Part shown: positions 13,680-24,570 of the stretch, in pieces
How the letters are laid out: every line of letters begins with the position of its first letter
How positions within the stretch are numbered: the stretch's first letter is position 1
Assembly (NCBI GenBank): GCA_043228905.1
Contig: JBHGNT010000012.1
Location: 16,740,001-16,804,000 of the forward strand
Length of the DNA stretch: 64,000 nt
Reading direction: 5' to 3'
Source of the DNA: Azolla caroliniana
Taxonomy: Eukaryota > Plantae > Polypodiophyta
The notes under the pieces: model-generated
Told to the model about the DNA's origin: nothing
The model's database searches: none
The model's input: only the letters and a program-made list of their open reading frames with translations
Translations under genes and position numbers: made by a program

Positions 13680-16600
13680 GAGATGAACTATCCATGGTCG
13701 TTGATGATACTATCGGGAAGGCCATGATGCCGACATACTTCACGCATGACAATTTCGGCGGTTTCCTCACTGGATATTTCCTTAGTACATGGTAGAAAAT
13801 GGGCTATCTTCGTATATCGATCTACTACTGTTAAGATCACATCGAATCCCTTAGAGACCGGAAGATCTGTGATGAAATCTAGAGCAATGGATTGGCATGG
13901 CTTGCTTGGAATTGGTAATGGTTCTAATAAACCATATGGATGATGCCTTGGCATTTTTGCTCTGCAACATGTATCACAAGTCCGAACAAAAGCTTCGACA
14001 AATTGTCGCATATGGGGCCACCAGAATGATCGTTGTACTAAATCTAATGTTTTAGTACTACCAAAATGCCCAACTGTATATCTGTCATGACAATTTTGGA
14101 CTACTCGAAGGTGACAAGAACCATCAGGAACATACAAGAGTTTCTTAAAGAATAGTAATCCATCATGACATTCGAATTGTCAATAGTCCGTACCTGGTTG
14201 TTGCGATTGTGAACAAGATGCTCGAGAGGGATCAATTTGTGTTAGAATGGCTTGGGTGAAAGCATCCATCTTCAAGTCCTCATGTATGGTATCGATAACG
14301 TGGGAATCCAAGGGCATGTCGAAGACCTGCGTTGCTTGCAGTCGTGCTGGTCCCAGGATTACTTGTTTTTGGTTATCGAAAGTTGGCTCGTCAGGACGCA
14401 GTGCTAGATACGAGTGCCATGATAATGCATCTGCCTTCCCTTGTTGGTTCCCCGTACGATATGTAATTTTGAAGTCAAAACGAGTGAGGAATTGGGCCCA
14501 CCGAGCTTGACGTCGATTTAACACACGAGCATTCTGAAAGTAGGCAAGGTTTTTGTGATCACTGAATACATTGATGAGACGATCCCTCCAAAAAATGCCT
14601 CCATTGCGTAAAAGAGTCCACTATTGCTAATAGCTCCTTATCATGAATTTCATAGTTGATTTCGGCAGCATCAAACTTGCATGAGTGGAAAGCCATAGGA
14701 TGGAGCTTTTCATCATCGCCTTGTTATGACAGAATGCTACCCAATGCGAAATCTGACGCGTTTGCTTCGATGATGAATGGTTTTTTTGGATCAACATGAG
14801 CTAGAATAGGAGCTGATGTAAATGCCTTCTTAAGATTCTCAAAAGCCATGTTTGCTTCTTCAAACGAAACGAACGATTGTCCCTTCCTAGTGAGCTGTGT
14901 GAGAGGTAGAACAAGCTTTGAGTAATCCCGTATAAAATTGCGATCGAAATTGGCAAAACCTAAAAAGCATTGCACATCTTGCAACGAACGTGGAGTCTGC
15001 CACTCTACCATTGTTTTGACCTTAGCTGGATCCATGGAGATGCCTTCCGAGGAAATGACATAGCCCAAAAATTCTACCTGGTTGCACTCGAAACTACATT
15101 TTTCCAGCTTTGCATAAAGACCATGTTCTTGAAGTTGTTTTAGTACTAACAATACATGAGAATCATGCTCTTCTTGGGTCTTCGAATAAACCAATAGATC
15201 ATCCAAATAGATGATCAAACAAACATCCAAGAGATCTCGAAATATATCATTTGCCATGTGCTGGAAGACTGTTGGCGCATTAGTGAGGCCGAATGGCATG
15301 ACCGTATACTCGAAGTGCCCATATCTGGTGCAAAAAGCGGTCTTCCATTCATCTCGTGGTTAGATCCGTACAAGGTTATATGCTCCTCGTAAGTCGATCT
15401 TTGTGAAGAACCTTGCACCATTGATCCGTTCTAAAAGACTTGAGATAAGGGGAAGTGCGTACCTATTCTTGATGCTGACCTTATTCAAGCCATGGTAATC
15501 TACGACGAGATGAAGTGATCTATCCTTTTCCTTGACGAAGAAAATGGGTGCGCCAGCTGGAGATTTCGAATGTCAAATGAAACCATTTGCCAAATTCTCC
15601 TCTATATAGGCTCGAAGGACTTCTAGCTCGGTTGGTGACAAATTGTAGATCGATCCCCATGGTGGCTCTTTTCCTAGTTGTAAATCGATGGGGCAATCAT
15701 ACGGTCAATGGTGAGGAAGCGTATTGGCTTGTACTTTATCAAACATATCGGCATAATGACGATACTTCTCAAGAAGTTGAACGGTGGACTCCTCTTTAGT
15801 GGTGTTTGAGGGTTTTACTGATACTGCAAAGAGAAACATTTCTTCCTTGCGTCCTTCCTCACGCAACTGATGTAGCGAAATGGTTGCAATCTTATGAGTA
15901 GATCCTCGGGTTTGTCGATACCGGATTTCCCTTGTTCTCCAATCTATGTTTGGGTTATGTAATTCGAACCATGGTAATCCCAAAACAATGGGATGTTCTG
16001 GGATACTAATTATATTAAAGGATACTACACACGCTAAATTATCTAGGACAATATTAACAAGCTCTGACTCTTCTATGATATTTCTGGAAGTAATGGGACG
16101 ACCATCAATGACTACTACAGATGCTGGACACAAGAGTTTTCTTAGGGATATCTGATGAGCTTGGGAAAAATTCCTATCCATGAAGCAAGAATTAGCTCTA
16201 GAATCTAGGAGTGCTGAGACATGTACTGGAGAGGTACTTTTAGTACTAACTATTACGTGGGCTAAGAACACATTACTAACTTGCTTAGAGGGAATGGAAC
16301 CACTAATGGGCTGCACAGATCTAGGGTTTTCCAACCAAACAACTCCTATTTTGGTTGGACTTAGTTGTTTAACTCTTCTTCTAACTAACTAAGGACATCA
16401 AATTTGTTCGCTAGATTTGGGCTATTAGTACTATTAGGACTATCAGATATTCCTACTGAAATAGACTCGGGTTTAGTACAATTAGAACTAGCAACTATTT
16501 GGTTCACCTCCCGTTCACTTGTCTTCTTGGTCTATGGGGATAGTTCACTGCAATATGCCCTGGTTCACTACAATATAGACATAGTCGATTTGCTCGGCGT

Positions 16601-16783
16601 CGCTACATTTCTTCTTCCAATAATGGTCCGCGATGACGTGTAGTGTCAATTTCCATCGGAGTTGGAGTATTCACTGGAGACGCATTATATGACTCCCTTG
16701 GAAAAGGTTTTGCTACCACTAAGGCGTAGGTGGGCAAGATCAAGGTGGGCTTTGATCTTGCCCTTGGCATCTGGAACTGACGT
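13680..16783 (-). pseudogene. Gypsy A pol (protease-RT-RNase H-integrase), disrupted
   Basis: ORF pieces 15705-16334, 14724-15299, 14180-14524 and 13688-14137 carry PR, RT, RH and HHCC/IN core motifs. Confidence 0.9.
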
Positions 16784-18764
16784 TGTCGAGATATTACTCA
16801 AGTGCGTGTGGAAACGAGGCGGGACCGCGGGGGTCTCGAACCAAAGAGCAAGCGAGGGAGGAGAAAGAGAGAGAACCGGCTACGCAGGACCGGGGATACA
16901 CAGGGACACGGCCTTCAGCACGGAGAACGCGAACAGACACCGACACAGACAGATGCGAATGACTAAATATGTATATTAACAAAAATCGCTTCGATGCACA
17001 AAGGGGCAGCAGGTCGGAGGTGCTGTCGGAAGCACTCGGGCGTTCCTCGAAATAGCGCGAGCCTCCTCGGGACCCTGCATAGAAAGCTATGGAGCTCAAG
17101 AAGGAAGGAAACAGAGAGAGAAGCGTCCAGAAACGGTCCGACAGCACTTCGTCCTCTCTGCGCGAGATGCCTGCAACAGCTTTTTCCTGCTCCTTATATA
17201 GGCCGACGAGCAGGCCGTCATGTCAGCTTTATTCCCTGTCCCTTTCGAACAGGGATCCGCTCCGTTCTTCACGCATCCGCGTAGTTACGCCGCCGACTCG
17301 TACAGTTCCTTAGCTCGCGCGCGCGACCGAAAAGACTGTTCGCGCGGTCTTTGTCTCCACTTGTGTTAGGGCCTGTTCCTGCCGATTATCCTCCTAATTC
17401 GCTTCTATGTACAACTTGGAGCGTGCGCGCGTGAAGAACCGGTTCCCACGCCTTGGTGCACCGATTCCGCTTATGGACGGTTTTCTTCACGACATCCGCC
17501 CCCACCTAACCGCGCATCCTCCGGTATGCGCCAAGAGAGTTGGGACGGAGAAAACCAGCCCGTCTTCATTCCTCGCCCATCGGTTCTTCCTCGTTTTCGG
17601 ATCGTTCGTCACTGCTGACTAGGAGAGCCGGGTCTGGCTCGTCGTCGTGTCGCTTCTTGAACGCTTTGATCCGCTTCCCTGCAACCGGTATCGCCATTCT
17701 CGTGCCGTCGAGTTCCGTCAGGTGATATGTCCCGTTGTCATTGGCGCTCCGTACCACGTAAGGCCCGAACCACCTTCGTGCGAACTTCCGTGTAGCTCGG
17801 TGCTGGTTGTCGAGGCTGCTGTCGTAGACGAGCACCCAGTCACCTTCTTCGATTTTCTTCGGTCGGAGCCGGTGCGTTCTGTCGAACCTGGCTTTGTTCT
17901 TTGTCCTCACCACCCGGAGCTTCTCCGCCGCCAGTTCCACGTCCTCCGGTCTCCGCTCGAGCTGTCGTATACGCGCGGCCAACAACTCCTCCCGGCTCAT
18001 CTCGTCCCTCCAGTCGACCGTTGCCCACGAGGAGATCGTCCGTTCCATCGGCATGATCGGCTTCTAGCCGAACATGAGCTCCGTCGGCATGTACCCGGTT
18101 ACCGAACTGTGCGTGGTCCGGTCTGCCCACAAAGCATAAGGTAGCAGCCGCGGCCAGTTACCGACTCGGCCTCCGCATGCCCGAACCAACGCCTTGACGA
18201 TCGGCCCGTGTCCGCGCTCCACCTTCCCATTCGCCTCCGGATTGTACGCAGTGGTGAGCGAGAGCTTGACTCCCAGCCGGTCGAACATCTCCGCGGCTTC
18301 TTCGGCGTCCAACTCCCCTCGGTCGGCCACGATCTTCCCGACGCACCCGTACCGGCATATCACGTCCTCGATTAGGAACCGACATACGGCCGCGGTTGTT
18401 TTGTTCGGAAGGGCCCGGCCTTCCACCTGGTTCGTCAGATCCTCCCGCGCTAGGACCAGGTACCGCATCTGTCCTACCCCCATTGGCATCGTCACCAGAT
18501 CTACCATCCATTTGAAGTGGATGGTCGGAGGGTACGTAGGGTGAAGCTCGTCCCGGTGTCGGACCACGGAGTGCATCTGACAGCTCTCGCAAGTTGTCAC
18601 GAATCGATGCACGTCCCGGTACAGTCCCGGCCACCAGTACTTCTCCTTTATCTTCTCGAACGTGGCCCAAGTTCCACGGTGGCCGGCCCAAGGGCTGTCG
18701 TGGTAGGCCGTCAGCAGCTCCTCCTGTTCTTCCTTCATCGCCACCACCCGGAGCGGAGCGCCGT

Positions 18765-21700
18765 TGTCGTGCCTTTCGGCTTCGGATCGTTGCGTGAGTC
18801 GGGTGGGAACCGCTGAGGTTTTGGACTAGGAAGAGGAGAGTTTTAAGGCTAATAAGAATATAAATATGTTGTAAGAAAGAGTTATAGCAAACTCGTGAAT
18901 CCCACGAGTGTATTGTATTAGATTAATCAATATGAATATAAGAATATAAACTTCGGTTGAAAGAGAATGATATAGAATTCTCGTGAATCCCACGAGTATA
19001 GTTTATTAATTGGTGTTTTTTAGAAACATATCCAGTTTCCAAATATTTTTCACACACAATTACATTGTGCTTCCCATCCTTATGTAGTGATGAGGAAGTC
19101 TTAGTAATCCATGCTTTTTCTCTAACTATAGACCCCATGCTTTTCCTATAGATAGACTATATGCTTTATCTAAAGTGATCATGCTTTTTTCTAACTTGTG
19201 CGTTTTTTATCATGCACGCTAGATGTGTATGTGTAGCTTTTTCTTTTGTTATGCGTTTTTCTAATGTTTATCCTAGCGTGAATTTACCTTTCTATATGGG
19301 ACATCTATGCTTTAACACTAATGAAATGCTAGTGTAATGGTAAGACATTACATTATTAACATGGAGGTGCAAGGTTCGAATCTTGCCCTATGCATGTTCC
19401 ATTTATTTTGCTATTTTCTTCTATTTCTTCATTTTTTTATTGAATCTAATACTATATACGTTTTTCACGTAGTGTACAAAATACACTACGACACTCACCC
19501 CCTCCAAACCCGCACATCCTCCGGTATGTGCCGAAGTTGTTGGTGTTTGTTAGTCTCCTCCGTCTGGTCTCTACCCGATTGGTTTCGTTGCCGGCTCGTA
19601 GTACCCTCGACTTCTCTTGTTATGTTGACTTTGTCTCTCCATTTGGAGCACATCCATTCTTTCCACCCGAACCATTGTCGACATCCGATCCACCATAGTC
19701 TTCGTTCACTTTTTGCATGGCCCGCTTGGTCCTTGTCATCCGCGGTAGTATCTTTTCTTGCCCTCTTTCTTTTCTTCATCAATCTAGACTTCTTTTCGGA
19801 TTTTCGGTTTAGTCGGATTAGCTTACTTCCGATTCGGTCTCGTCGGATCGTCTTTCGTTTAGTTCGGCTTCCTTTCCGATTTGTATTCGGTCGATCCGGA
19901 CTCGGTTGATCGGTTTTTACCGATTCAGTGCTCTTTCGGGTCGGTTTCTTTTCTTTTCTTTTCGTCCGGATTTGCTTTCTTTTCTTCGTTTTCACCTGCC
20001 TTGTCCGGTTCGACTTTCGGCACTTCTTTCCGTTGTTCGCTACGTAGGTCCTCCGATATGTGCTCGTTGTTCGGTCCTCGTGTGGTTGTAATGCATGCTT
20101 CTTTTCTCGCCGTAGCGCGTGCTTCTTTATTCGCCATAACACGCGTTTCTTTATTCGCCGTAGAGCGTGCTCTGTATTACGCGCTTCTCCCGTCGTAGAC
20201 CCGACCTCCGCATTGTCGCACTTTCTTTTAGATTGGAATTTCGGATGGATCATTTTCCATCCGAACCGACTTCCGACTTTACCTTCCTCGCCGCCATCTC
20301 CCGTCTCTCCGGTCTCACGTTGGTTCTCGGACACAACCGCCGAAGTCTCTAGATATTGTTGGCATGAATCCTCGGTATTACCTTCTTTCGTAGTTTCACC
20401 CTTAGCATTCTTCTCGGCTATCTCTTCATCGTATTCGTCGGCTTCGACATTCGTTTTCTCTCCGCCACCTTCTGTCTCTTCGGTCTCACGTTGCCTTTCG
20501 ATCGCAACCGCCGGAGTCTCTGGAATCAGTGGTGGGGAAGTCTCGATATGGCAATCCGCCATTGATTTGTCCATAGCCACCTCCGATTCGATTTCGTCTT
20601 TTGTGGCTACCTCCTTAATCACATCCGCTTCACACTCTTTATCTGCATCAATTATGCAAACATCTATTATGCTTACCCCTTTTTGACCCGATGTCTCGGG
20701 CACTTGTATCCCAAAATTTCCTTCTACACTTGAATTATCGGCCTTATCCTTCGCCATCGTTCTTTCACAAGACGAGTGGGTGTCTTGTTCCACTCTTTCT
20801 CCCGTGGTACCATCATGTTGTATTTCGGCCTTCATATTGGCTTCATCGTTTTTCCTCAATCGACCATCCTTCATGGGCCATGTCGTTGTTGACGAGATTC
20901 TCAGCTTCCTTTCATCATGTCTTCGGCATACCCTTTCGACTTTGGCCCAATCCTCGGTAAGGCCGTTCGCACCGTCATCATCTTCGAGTTCGATCCCAAT
21001 GTCCATCCTTTCTTTCCGATCGATCGATCTTACGAACATTAAGACTTTATCTTCTCCCACCAATCTTCGTTCCCGCTCCGAGAGTCGAGCAAAACGATGC
21101 TCGAACTCTAGGAATGCTTGTGTTGCACTTCGGTGGGTCTTCTCCGATGCCACCCATTCGTCGAATTCTCGCCGATCTTTTCCCTTCGATCTCTTGTAAT
21201 CATATGCCTCTCGTAAAGCTTCTTCAAAGGACCCCCATGTCGAGTTTTGTTGTTGTATCTTGTGGATTCTCTCTTGTAGTTCGTCCGAGGCCACCCGATT
21301 GAAGGATGTCACTTGCAATCCTTCCGGTATCCCACATCGTATCATCTCCGCCTTGTAGTCACGTAGATAGCGTGACACATCGTTTCCGTTGAATTGTCCG
21401 TTTCGTTGTACGAACCGCTTTACTGCCCCCGTGATCTCCGACATCACTCGTTGTTCTTGTAGCATCCGCTCGAACATCATCATCATCGTTATGCTCATTG
21501 CCTCTTGTTGATTCTCCATCTCCTTGCCACCCGCCTTCGCGTCGGGTTCACCAACTGTGTCGTGCCTTTCGGCTTCGGATCGTTGCGTGAGTCGGGTGGG
21601 AACCGCTGAGGTTTTGGACTAGGAAGAGGAGAGTTTTAAGGCTAATAAGAATATAAATATGTTGTAAGAAAGAGTTATAGCAAACTCGTGAATCCCACGA

Positions 21701-22286
21701 GTGTATTGTATTAGATTAATCAATATGAATATAAGAATATAAACTTCGGTTGAAAGAGAATGATATAGAATTCTCGTGAATCCCACGAGTATAGTTTATT
21801 AATTGGTGTTTTTTAGAAACATATCCAGTTTCCAAATATTTTTCACACACAATTACATTGTGCTTCCCATCCTTATGTAGTGATGAGGAAGTCTTAGTAA
21901 TCCATGCTTTTTCTCTAACTATAGACCCCATGCTTTTCCTATAGATAGACTATATGCTTTATCTAAAGTGATCATGCTTTTTTCTAACTTGTGCGTTTTT
22001 TATCATGCACGCTAGATGTGTATGTGTAGCTTTTTCTTTTGTTATGCGTTTTTCTAATGTTTATCCTAGCGTGAATTTACCTTTCTATATGGGACATCTA
22101 TGCTTTAACACTAATGAAATGCTAGTGTAATGGTAAGACATTACATTATTAACATGGAGGTGCAAGGTTCGAATCTTGCCCTATGCATGTTCCATTTATT
22201 TTGCTATTTTCTTCTATTTCTTCATTTTTTTATTGAATCTAATACTATATACGTTTTTCACGTAGTGTACAAAATACACTACGACA
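18765..22286 (-). mobile_element. Element E: non-autonomous Gag-only LTR retroelement (TR-GAG-like)
   Basis: 729-bp LTRs at 18765-19493 and 21558-22286 with no difference seen; 4-bp TSD CCGT; tRNA-Trp PBS at 21553-21536; PPT GGAGGGGGTGAG at 19505-19494; no pol. Confidence 0.93.
19495..21519 (-). CDS. 674-aa Gag-like protein: capsid-like domain, acidic linker, Lys/Arg-rich tail
   Basis: N-terminal ~200 aa align with D Gag (GQFNGNDVSRYL vs GRFDGKDATKYL; GLTEDWAKV vs GLTTDWAAV). Uninterrupted ORF filling the whole internal region. Confidence 0.8.
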   Translation of the reverse strand: MENQQEAMSITMMMMFERMLQEQRVMSEITGAVKRFVQRNGQFNGNDVSRYLRDYKAEMIRCGIPEGLQVTSFNRVASDELQERIHKIQQQNSTWGSFEEALREAYDYKRSKGKDRREFDEWVASEKTHRSATQAFLEFEHRFARLSERERRLVGEDKVLMFVRSIDRKERMDIGIELEDDDGANGLTEDWAKVERVCRRHDERKLRISSTTTWPMKDGRLRKNDEANMKAEIQHDGTTGERVEQDTHSSCERTMAKDKADNSSVEGNFGIQVPETSGQKGVSIIDVCIIDADKECEADVIKEVATKDEIESEVAMDKSMADCHIETSPPLIPETPAVAIERQRETEETEGGGEKTNVEADEYDEEIAEKNAKGETTKEGNTEDSCQQYLETSAVVSENQRETGETGDGGEEGKVGSRFGWKMIHPKFQSKRKCDNAEVGSTTGEARNTEHALRRIKKRVLWRIKKHALRREKKHALQPHEDRTTSTYRRTYVANNGKKCRKSNRTRQVKTKKRKQIRTKRKEKKPTRKSTESVKTDQPSPDRPNTNRKGSRTKRKTIRRDRIGSKLIRLNRKSEKKSRLMKKRKRARKDTTADDKDQAGHAKSERRLWWIGCRQWFGWKEWMCSKWRDKVNITREVEGTTSRQRNQSGRDQTEETNKHQQLRHIPEDVRVWRG

Positions 22287-24570
22287 CCGTCCCTCTTCTT
22301 CGGGTGCTTCCATAGATAGCCATCCCGGAGAAAGAACCGGTACGCTTTCTTCCGGATCCGGTTGGCCTCGTCTTTCGTCCATGACGCATCCGGCGCCATT
22401 GTCCTCAAGAACCCGCCGATCTACAGCCACTCGCCGTCGTACTTGCTCGCGTCGAAGTCGTTAAGCGCCGGAGTGCTCGTCCCGTCGGTTGTTACGTATG
22501 CTGCCTCGAAGAAGTCCACGCCGACCTCTTCGTCCTCCGAAACCATGCCGCCCTCGTCATCGAACCTCGCCCTCGAAAGCATGTCGGCCATGGCGTTGTC
22601 TTTCCCGGAAATGTGTCGTATTTCCGGGTCCAGGGACTTGATGTACGCTATCCACCTGAGCATTGCCAGGTCCGGCGTCGCGCATCCGGAAACCATGCCG
22701 AGAATCGGCATGCAATCCGTCTCTATGATTACCTCTGTCCCGATCAGATAGTCCTTGTCGGCCTTCACCGCCGAAACGATACCCCAGAGTTCGCGTTTAA
22801 CCTGGGCGTATCCTCGCTGCCGCTCACTGAGGACCTTCGCGCCGAATCGGATCGGAAACCGATTGCCGTCCTCGTCTTCTTGGTTGACGACCCACCCGAT
22901 TCCGGTCGGACTCGTGTCAACCGTTATGTACACTGGGGTGCCCTTCCTGTAGGCGGCCTTTCGGAGCGCCGGTGCTGCCGAAAGAGCCTCCTTCAGCTTC
23001 CGGACCGACTCCGTGTGCTTGTCTAGCCATTCGAATCTTCGCCCTTTCTTCAATAATTCGTACAGCGGCTCCGCGACGTGCGCGTAATGCGGGATCCATA
23101 TGTGGTAGAAGGCGCATGCTCCCAAGAATCTTCGTACTTCCGTGACCGAGCTGCAATCAGGCTTCATCGCGGAGATGGCTTCTACCTTTGCCGGAGACGG
23201 TTTCCGGCCATATGGTCCAGATAAATGTCCGACCACCATGATTTCCGACTGCCCGAAGGCTGACTTCTCCCCCGAGAAGGTGAGCCTCGCATCATCTAGC
23301 CTTTGCAGCACCTTCTCGCAGTCGTCGATGTGCGTCATCACGAATCGCCGGCATCCGTCCGGCCCGATCGTCTCGTCCTTCTCTTCTACCGGGCATCCCT
23401 TGATCGGGATGTCGTCTAGAAACGGCATGGTGATGTCCGGGATGCAGTCCCTCAGCACCTTGTTCATTGCATTCACCATGTGGGCCACCGAGTTGGTCCC
23501 TCCTTGCGGCAACGTACACATCCGCACTAGGCCGAGGGGAGTTCGCATCGTCGTAATGTCTCTGCTCTCCACGGCTAGCTGGAACTGGTCGTACCCTGAG
23601 TATAGATCACCGACCGAGTAAATCGACCTTCCGGCGAAGGCCTCCGCGAACTCGTCTATGGTCGGTCCGATCCCTGCGTTCCGAATGGTCACTCTGTTGA
23701 CCGGTTGCAGGTCCTGAATGAAGCGCAACGATCCGTTTTTCTTTGGTACGGTAAACCATCGGTTTGAATATGGGGCGCTCGACGGCTCGAGAATGCCCAT
23801 ATCAACTTTCTGCTTCAACAGCTCCATCAACTTCGGGATGTGAGCTCTCGGAACCGGAATTGGCTTGAGATTCCACGGTACATGCGGTACCGTGAATATC
23901 ACCATTGGCTCTACGATCGTCGGGTCTACGCACCCGATTTCCTCCGGTGAGAATGCGAAGGCTTTCCCGTGCCTTCCGAGCATTCTCCGAAACCGGTCTT
24001 CCTCCACCGGCAGTAGGAACCCGCCCCCACCGATCTTCAGCTCGCGGAGCGTCTCGTTGGTGAAGGTGTGTCCTATGCAGGCCGGATCTCGTAAGCTGGG
24101 GTCCGATGCAACCCCTTTGATTCGGGATTCGCTGCCCTCCGGTAAGGGCGCCGCAACTGGCCTCACCTTCCGGTCCACAGTCTTGTACTTGGTGCTAACT
24201 CGGGCTGTCCGTTCCGACTCGAGCCCTCGACCGAAGTCCGCGATGACTTCGTACATTTCTTCAGAACATACCGGTATCGTCCGGTCTTCGTTAAGGTCTT
24301 CTTCGACTACCTTCCCCAGCATTCCCAAGGTGTCGTCGAAGGAGACTGCCTCCATGGCTCCGTCGATTTCTTCGTCAGGGCCGAGAACTCCGCACGCCCG
24401 AAGTCTCCCCTCCGTCTTTGTTTTCTCTCGGCCGGCGATGCCGACCATCGTACATGCTCCGCTGTCGGAGAAGCAAAATTTCCTACCTATTGTACACGGT
24501 TTTATCGTACAGATGTGGGGTTTTCGCGGAGCATCCGGACTGTCGCGGCCCCACGCCTTGGCAGTCCTCT

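Noticed and set aside
19321-19395. Genuine tRNA gene
   Set aside because: Only the A/B boxes and a T-arm-like stem are present; acceptor and anticodon stems do not form.
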